Shown here: piece after piece, positions 57,854-64,000 of the stretch
How positions within the stretch are numbered: the first letter of the stretch is position 1
Layout of the letters: each line of letters opens with the position of its first letter
Origin: Deferrisomatales bacterium
GTDB taxonomy: Bacteria; Desulfobacterota; Deferrisomatia; Deferrisomatales; JACRMM01
Direction of reading: 5' to 3'
Assembly (NCBI GenBank): GCA_033551855.1
Contig: JAWSUI010000017.1
Location: forward strand, 1-64,000
Length of the DNA: 64,000 nt
Made by a program: the position numbers and the translations under genes
The notes under the pieces: model-generated
Database searches by the model: none
Seen by the model: the letters and a program-made list of their open reading frames with translations, nothing else
Told to the model about the DNA's origin: nothing

Positions 57854-58702
57854 ATGCCTACCGTCCGAGCTCTGTTCTTGAGTGTCTTCGTCGTTGCCGG
57901 CCCCTTCCTCCTCGGGTCCGCCCTCGCGGGGCAACCAGACGGCGGTCCCCCTGCCACCGCAGCCCTGCCCGCATCCCTGGACGCCCTCTACCCACCGCGG
58001 GCAGAGGGTCCCGTCTACCTCCTCGGGATGCTGACGCTCGAGGAGCACTTCTCCGGCATGTTCACCGATCTGATGGAAGGGGACTTCGAGGGAGCCAGGG
58101 GAGGTTTCGCCGACTTCGAGGCGCAGTACCAGAAGGTACGCAGCATGGTGCCGGCGTGGGAGGCCTACTACCCGTTGGATCCGGTGGAGCGGCTCGAGGC
58201 CGCCTTTCGCGGTCGGGAGGCGGGGCCGGTCGTTTCGGCCCTGGAAGAAATCGGCGGTGCCTGTCATCGGTGTCACGTGACTGCGATGGTTCCGGTACAG
58301 CAGAGGTACCACTGGGGCGATTTCGGCGCCCTCCGGGTCCAGGACCCGCCCACCGGGGAACCCGCCCCCTACGCGGTGCTCAAGAAACGCCTTTCGGCCA
58401 ATCTGGCGGGAATTCGCGCGGACCTGAAGCAGGGGCAGAAGGAACAGGCGATGGGCCACGTCCGGGAGCTCCGGGCCCGCTTCCAAGAGCTTCAGACCTC
58501 CTGCCTGGCCTGCCACGGAGGGCCCAAGGATGACTATGTCGGCTCGGCGACGCAGGCCCTTCTGGAGCGGCTGACGCGCGCCGTGGGCGACCCGGGGCCG
58601 GCCTCCGAGGAGGTGAGCGGGCTGCTCCAGAGCCTCGGCCAGGAGAGCTGCGCCGGGTGCCACCGGGTCCACCTCCCCGCCGCAATGGCCCGAGGGCGGT
58701 GA
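57854..58702 (+). CDS. Exported trihaem cytochrome c
   Basis: Signal peptide; CHRCH, CLACH, CAGCH. Confidence 0.88.
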   Translation: MPTVRALFLSVFVVAGPFLLGSALAGQPDGGPPATAALPASLDALYPPRAEGPVYLLGMLTLEEHFSGMFTDLMEGDFEGARGGFADFEAQYQKVRSMVPAWEAYYPLDPVERLEAAFRGREAGPVVSALEEIGGACHRCHVTAMVPVQQRYHWGDFGALRVQDPPTGEPAPYAVLKKRLSANLAGIRADLKQGQKEQAMGHVRELRARFQELQTSCLACHGGPKDDYVGSATQALLERLTRAVGDPGPASEEVSGLLQSLGQESCAGCHRVHLPAAMARGR

Positions 58703-58825
58703 GCGGCCGGCGGCTCCGATTCGGCGGCTGCCTCCTCATCACCGACAAGCAGCGACCGTGCTCGACCGAGCGTCCCCGGCCGGGCCGCCGGAAGGGGTGG
58801 CGGCTCCGGTCGAGGACCGGGCCGG

Positions 58826-61225
58826 CTAGGCCGTCTCCCCCGAGTGGAGCTTCTTCCAGAGCTCGGCCAGGCGCTCGAGCCGGCGCATGACCTTTGCGTT
58901 GACGCTGCCCTCGGGGTAGTTGCCGTAGGGGTCCTCGTCCCCCGCCGGGAGGCCGGTGAGCAGCTCGAGGGCCTCGTCGACCGTGGCGACGGGGTACACG
59001 TGGAAGCGCCCCTCTTCCACCGCGGTCACCACCTCGCGGTCGAGCATGAGGTTGCGCACGTTGGCCTGGGGGATCACCACCCCCTGGGTGCCCGTGAGGC
59101 CCTTGACCTTGCACGTCTTGTAGAACCCCTCGATCTTGAGGTTCACCCCCCCGATGGCCTGGATGCTCCCCCGCTGATCCACCGAGCCGGTGACCGCCAG
59201 GTCCTGCCGCAGCGGCACTTCCCCCAAGGCCGAGATCAGGGCCAGGAGCTCTGCCGACGAGGCGCTGTCCCCCTCCACCCCGCCGTAGGACTGCTCGAAG
59301 CACAGGGTGGCGGCGAAGGCGATGGGGAAGCGCCGGGCATAGCGGGAGCCGAAGTACCCCTGGAGGATCAGCATCCCCTTGTTGTGGATGCGGCCCCCCA
59401 GGTCGCTCTCCCGCTCGATGTTCACCACACCTTCCTTGCCCAGGAAGACCTTGGCGGTCACCCGCGAGGGCTTGCCGAAGGCATAGTCCCCCAGGTCGTA
59501 CACCGAGAGGCCGTTGACCTGGCCGATGGCCGAGCCGTCGGCTTCGATGACGATGGTGCCCTCCTCGATCAGCCTCCCGATGACCTCTTCCAGGTAGCTG
59601 TTCCGGCGGATCTTCTCGGCTACGGCGCGGTCCACGTGTCCGGCCCGTACCACCGCCGCTTCGTCCCCCCGGGCCCAGTGGTGGGCCTCGCGCACGAGGT
59701 CCACGATCTCCTGGTGATGGCTGGCGAGGCGCTCCTGGTGCTCGGCCGCCCGCAGGCCGTGCTCCACCACGCCGGCCACGGCATCGCGGTGGAAGGGCAA
59801 GAGGCTTTCCTCGGCGCACTGGTGAGCCACCAGGAAGGCGTAGCTGAGCCGGTTCTCCTCGGTCAGGGGCATGTCGTCGGAGAACTCACCCTTGACCTTG
59901 AAGAGCTGGGCGAAGTCGTCGTCGTAGTACCGCAGCAGGTAGTAGAGCCAGGGGGTGCCCACGAGCACGACCTTCACCCGGGCGGGGATCGGCTCCGGCT
60001 TGAGGGTGGTCGTGGAGATGAGGCGGAACTGCTCCCCGATCTCCTCGATCCGGATCCGGCGGTCCTTGAGCACCCGCTTGAGGGCATCGTAGGCGAAGGG
60101 GTTCAGGAGCAGGTCGCGGGCGTCGAGGACCAGGTAGCCTCCGTTGGCCCGGTGGAACGCTCCGGCCTTGACGAGGGTGAAGTCGGTGGTGAAAGCCCCG
60201 AGTTGCACGTGGTGCTCGATGCGCCCGATGAGGTTGTGGTAGGTGGGGTTCGACTCGTGGACCACCGGGGCGGCCTCGAGCCCCTTGTTGTTGACGAGGA
60301 TGTTGACCTGATAGCGCTTGGTCCGGCTCTCCGCCACGGCCGCCCGGAAGGGAAAGGGGAGGGAGGGTCCCTCCTGTCCCCCCGACCGGAACTCGTCGAG
60401 GTTCTCGATGACGTCCTTCTCCACCGCTTTGAGGTAGTCCACCACCCGGGAGAGGGCTGCGTACTTCGCGACCAGGGCCTCGATCTCGTGGCCGACGGCG
60501 GAAAGCGCCACCCGGCGCTCCAGATCCTTCAAGGTCTCCTTGGCCCGGTCGTCGATGTCCTTGACCGCCTCGATGGTGGTCCGCAACTTCGCCTGGAGCA
60601 CCTCCCGGGCCTCGCGCACGGCCTGTTGCTCTTCGGCGGGGAGTTTCTCGAAATCCTCCTGGCTCACCGGCGAGCCGTCTCGGGTGTAGATGAGGGCGAG
60701 GCCCTCGGCGCTGCGCTGGACGAGGAACCCGTGCTGGTTGGCTAGGTTCTCGAGCTCCCGAAAGACGGCTGCCTTCTCCTCCTGGGCCGCCTTGACGACA
60801 CTCGCCTTCTCCTTCTCGTACCCATCCCCGGAGAATGCCTTGGGGATCTCGGCCAGGAGGCTCTTCACCAAGGCGTCCATGTCCTGCCGGAGGCCCTCCG
60901 CGCTGCCCGCGGGCAGGTCGAGCGACAGGGGTCGCTCCTCGTCCTCGAAGTTGAAGACGCAGACCCAGTCCTCCGGCACCGGGCGATTGCCGGCTGCTTC
61001 GCCCAACAGGTCGAGCACGGTGGTGCGCTTGCCTGCCCCCGGGTGTCCGAGGACGAAGATGTTGTACCCTTGGCTGTCCACCCCGACCCCGAACTCCAGG
61101 GCCTGCAGGGCCCGCTCCTGGCCCAGGGGCTTGCGCTGAGGGGACAGGTCCGCGGTGGTCTCGAAGGGGAACTGGTCCGGATCCACCCTGCGCCGAAGGC
61201 GCAGGGGATCGAGTCGGGTGGGCAT
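58826..61225 (-). CDS. Lon-like (LonB/LonC-type) AAA protease
   Basis: GQERA, HRANGGYL, GQVNGL, EGDSAS (Ser), GGVNLKIEGF (Lys). Confidence 0.92.
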   Translation of the reverse strand: MPTRLDPLRLRRRVDPDQFPFETTADLSPQRKPLGQERALQALEFGVGVDSQGYNIFVLGHPGAGKRTTVLDLLGEAAGNRPVPEDWVCVFNFEDEERPLSLDLPAGSAEGLRQDMDALVKSLLAEIPKAFSGDGYEKEKASVVKAAQEEKAAVFRELENLANQHGFLVQRSAEGLALIYTRDGSPVSQEDFEKLPAEEQQAVREAREVLQAKLRTTIEAVKDIDDRAKETLKDLERRVALSAVGHEIEALVAKYAALSRVVDYLKAVEKDVIENLDEFRSGGQEGPSLPFPFRAAVAESRTKRYQVNILVNNKGLEAAPVVHESNPTYHNLIGRIEHHVQLGAFTTDFTLVKAGAFHRANGGYLVLDARDLLLNPFAYDALKRVLKDRRIRIEEIGEQFRLISTTTLKPEPIPARVKVVLVGTPWLYYLLRYYDDDFAQLFKVKGEFSDDMPLTEENRLSYAFLVAHQCAEESLLPFHRDAVAGVVEHGLRAAEHQERLASHHQEIVDLVREAHHWARGDEAAVVRAGHVDRAVAEKIRRNSYLEEVIGRLIEEGTIVIEADGSAIGQVNGLSVYDLGDYAFGKPSRVTAKVFLGKEGVVNIERESDLGGRIHNKGMLILQGYFGSRYARRFPIAFAATLCFEQSYGGVEGDSASSAELLALISALGEVPLRQDLAVTGSVDQRGSIQAIGGVNLKIEGFYKTCKVKGLTGTQGVVIPQANVRNLMLDREVVTAVEEGRFHVYPVATVDEALELLTGLPAGDEDPYGNYPEGSVNAKVMRRLERLAELWKKLHSGETA

Positions 61226-61367
61226 CAAGGCCTCCTCCCGGAGAGGGGAACGAAGAGAGCCCATTGTAGCGGGCCGCGGGCCGGTTTCAAACCTCCCGTG
61301 TCTTTGCATTCCCGCGGCAACCGGGTAATGTGAGCCCACTCCTCGCACCGGACCCGGAGGACCCGGC

Positions 61368-64000
61368 ATGGACGTTCCCGGCGGCTGGAACCTGACGTAC
61401 GTCGATGAGCAGTTCTCCCGGTGGAGGGCCGACCCGGGGAGTGTCAGCCCCCAGTGGCAGGCGTTCTTTCAGGGATTCGAGCTGGGGACGGCCCGCCCGA
61501 CCTTGGAGGGGGGCGGGGAGGCGTTGGACGCGCAGGTCCTCCAGGCCAGGGCGGATGCCCTCATCCACCGATACCGGGACCTAGGACACCTGCTGGCCTG
61601 CCTCGACCCGCTGTCCGTGTGCCCCACCTCCCACCCGCTCCTGGAGCTCGAGGCCTTCGGGCTGAGCCCGGAGGACCTGGAGCGCACCGTGTACGCCCCA
61701 GGCCTGGGCGAGGGAGACCACACGGCGCTGGGAGACGTGGTGCAGGCCCTCCGCGAGACCTACTGCCGTTCGGTGGGTGTGGAGTACACCCATTTGCAGG
61801 ATCCCGAGGAGCGCCGGTGGATGCGCGCCCGGATGGAGCCGGGGCGGAATCGGGGCCGATTCTCCCGGGAGGAGCGCAGGGAAGTCCTCCGCTGGATGGT
61901 CCGTGCCGGCCGCTTCGAGGAGTTTCTGCACAAGCGCTATCTCGGGCAGACCCGTTTCTCCTTGGAGGGCGGCGAGGTCCTGATCCCGCAACTGCGCTCC
62001 CTCGTCCGGGGAGCGGCCGAGAGAGGTGTACGCCAGGTGATCCTCGGGATGGCGCACCGGGGCCGCCTCAACGTGCACGTCAACCTCTTGGGGAAGGGCT
62101 TCGAGGAGGTGTTCTGCCAGTTCGAGGCCACCTATGACCCCGAGGAGGTCCCGGGGGGCGGGGACGTGAAGTACCACAGCGGGTACATGGGGGAGGTGGA
62201 GACCGGCGCCGGGAAGGTGCGGATGATCTTGCCGGAGAACCCCAGCCACCTGGAGGCGGTGAACCCAGTGGTGGAGGGGGTCGCCCGAGCCCTCCAGGAC
62301 GGGCTGGGGGAGGGTGGCGGCCGGGCGGTGCTCCCGATTCTCATCCACGGGGACGCGGCGTTCCCGGGGCAGGGGATCGTGGCCGAGACCCTCAACCTGG
62401 CCCAGCTCCCGGGGTACGCCACCGGCGGCACGGTGCACATCGTCCTGAACAACCAGATCGGGTACACCACCCTGCCCGAGCACGCCCGCTCCACCCGGTA
62501 CGCCACGGACGTGGCAAAGATGCTCATGGTGCCGATCTTCCACGTCCAGGGGGAGAGCCCGGAGGCCGTGCTGCACGCCACGACGATCGCGCTGGAGTAT
62601 CGTCTCGAGTTCGGAAAGGATGCGGTCCTCGACCTCGTGTGCTACCGGCGCCACGGCCACAACGAAGGGGACGAGCCCTACTTCACTCAGCCTCTCCTCT
62701 ACGAGCGGATTCGCGACCGGCCGCCGGCCTACGAGCTCTACGCCCGGGAGCTCGCCGAGGCGAAAGTGGTGGAGGCCGGGGAGTTGGAGAGCCTCCGGGC
62801 CGAGGTGGACCAGGAGTTGGACGCAGCGTTCGAGGCGGCCCGGTCCGCGGCCTGCACCTGGACACCTCCGGAACCGTGGGACGGATGGGAGCGCAGCGAG
62901 AATCGCCACAGCTGGGAGCCCGTGGCGACGGCCCTTCCCGAGGAGGAGCTCCGGGAGCTCTACCGGGCCGTGGCCCGGGTTCCGGAGGGTTTCGCGCTCA
63001 ACCCCAAGCTCCGGAGGATCCTCGAACGGCGGGAGCAGGCGGCAGAGGAGGAGGAAGGGGCCCGGCTCGACTGGGCGGCAGCGGAGGCCCTGGCCTTCGG
63101 GAGCCTCCTGGTGGAAGGAACGCCGGTGCGCCTCAGCGGCGAGGACAGCGGCCGGGGCACCTTCAGCCAGCGCCACGCGGTGTGGTTCGACACCGAGACC
63201 GGCGAGCCCCGGGTGCCCTTGAACCACCTGCGGGAGGGCCAGGCCCGGTTCCAGGTCTTCGACAGTCCCCTCTCCGAGGCCGCGGTCGTGGGCTTCGAGT
63301 ACGGCTACGCCGCGGTGAGCCCGCAGGCCCTGGTCCTGTGGGAGGCCCAGTACGGAGACTTCGCCAACGGCGCCCAGGTCATCATCGACCAGTTCCTGGC
63401 CAGCGCCGAGGCCAAGTGGCAGCGGCCCAACGGGCTGGTGCTCCTCCTGCCCCACGGGTACGAGGGCCAGGGTCCGGACCACTCCACGGCCCGCCCCGAA
63501 CGGTTCCTGCAGCTCTGTGCGGAGGAGAACCTGCAGGTCTGCCAGCCCTCTACCCCCGCTCAGTACTTCCACCTGCTCCGCCGCCAGGTGAAGGCCCCGT
63601 GGCGAAAGCCCCTCGTGGTGCTCACCCCCAAGAGCCTGCTCCGCCACCCGGAGGCGGTCTCCCCCCTCTCGGCGCTGACGTCGGGCGGCTTCGCGCCGGT
63701 GTTGGACGACCCCGATGCGGGCCGGCCCTCGGCGGTGCGCCGTGTGCTCCTGTGCAGCGGAAAGATCTACTACTCCCTCGCGAAGCGGCGGAGCCAGGTC
63801 GATGCGGCCGGCGTGGCGCTGGCGCGCCTGGAGCAGCTCTACCCCTTCCCGGAGCAGGCCCTGGAGGAGTTGGCGGCCCGGTACGGCCGCGCGACCGAGT
63901 GGCTCTGGGTCCAGGACGAGCCGGTCAACATGGGGGCCTGGACCTTCGTCGCACCGAGGCTCCGAGCCGCCCTCGGGCGCGAGCCGAAGTTCGTGGGGCG
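61368..64000 (+). CDS. sucA: 2-oxoglutarate dehydrogenase E1, 3'-truncated by the window
   Basis: Own translation: MDVPGGWNLTYVD..., RFSLEG, GMAHRGRLN, GDVKYH, HGDAAFPGQG, WEAQYGDFANG; absent from the ORF track because it has no stop in the window. Confidence 0.95.
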   Translation, partial: MDVPGGWNLTYVDEQFSRWRADPGSVSPQWQAFFQGFELGTARPTLEGGGEALDAQVLQARADALIHRYRDLGHLLACLDPLSVCPTSHPLLELEAFGLSPEDLERTVYAPGLGEGDHTALGDVVQALRETYCRSVGVEYTHLQDPEERRWMRARMEPGRNRGRFSREERREVLRWMVRAGRFEEFLHKRYLGQTRFSLEGGEVLIPQLRSLVRGAAERGVRQVILGMAHRGRLNVHVNLLGKGFEEVFCQFEATYDPEEVPGGGDVKYHSGYMGEVETGAGKVRMILPENPSHLEAVNPVVEGVARALQDGLGEGGGRAVLPILIHGDAAFPGQGIVAETLNLAQLPGYATGGTVHIVLNNQIGYTTLPEHARSTRYATDVAKMLMVPIFHVQGESPEAVLHATTIALEYRLEFGKDAVLDLVCYRRHGHNEGDEPYFTQPLLYERIRDRPPAYELYARELAEAKVVEAGELESLRAEVDQELDAAFEAARSAACTWTPPEPWDGWERSENRHSWEPVATALPEEELRELYRAVARVPEGFALNPKLRRILERREQAAEEEEGARLDWAAAEALAFGSLLVEGTPVRLSGEDSGRGTFSQRHAVWFDTETGEPRVPLNHLREGQARFQVFDSPLSEAAVVGFEYGYAAVSPQALVLWEAQYGDFANGAQVIIDQFLASAEAKWQRPNGLVLLLPHGYEGQGPDHSTARPERFLQLCAEENLQVCQPSTPAQYFHLLRRQVKAPWRKPLVVLTPKSLLRHPEAVSPLSALTSGGFAPVLDDPDAGRPSAVRRVLLCSGKIYYSLAKRRSQVDAAGVALARLEQLYPFPEQALEELAARYGRATEWLWVQDEPVNMGAWTFVAPRLRAALGREPKFVG

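Noticed and set aside
1..64000. CRISPR array, rRNA or tRNA genes
   Set aside because: No regularly spaced identical repeats with unique spacers and no recognisable rRNA or tRNA; the periodic palindromes in 0.7-17 kb are attC sites.

Overview
High-GC bacterial chromosome segment; the gene content suggests an anaerobic deltaproteobacterium, but this is inference only. (1) 1-17146 is the distal end of an integron cassette array with six attC sites read directly from the sequence. No integrase lies in the window. The small cassettes encode a nucleotidyl-cyclase-like ORF, an AsmA-family protein, an HD phosphohydrolase, a DUF4160/DUF2442 TA pair and a BrnT/BrnA TA pair. One unit is very large (3047-15850, 12,804 bp). 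Its left crossover sequence GTTGGGCCG is the exact reverse complement of the R'' arm CGGCCCAAC of its own attC, the same rule the small cassettes obey, so it looks like a single giant cassette. It carries its own promoter and a nested defence operon: frameshifted XRE regulator, hsdM, hsdS, OLD nuclease + UvrD helicase (Gabija-like), HTH-HExxH peptidase + DUF4411/PIN, and an HsdR fused to a LexA-type S24 peptidase domain. (2) 17147-20330 is a lexA-imuA-imuB SOS-mutagenesis operon. imuB has a TGG>TGA nonsense codon, dnaE2 is absent, and the spacers hold nested tandem-repeat hairpins. (3) 20.6-64 kb is mostly housekeeping: Phn-type ABC transporter, metY, gluQ, ppa, ferredoxin, Crp/Fnr, radical SAMs, MoxR/VWA, adenine deaminase, zupT, nfeD-floA, thiolase, cspA, cytochromes c, GH13 phosphorylase, TetR, Lon-like protease and partial sucA. 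It also contains two families of ~200-bp MITE-like repeats and a decayed islet with an hsdR'::'hsdM deletion scar. Family assignments come from motif recognition by eye; no searches were run.
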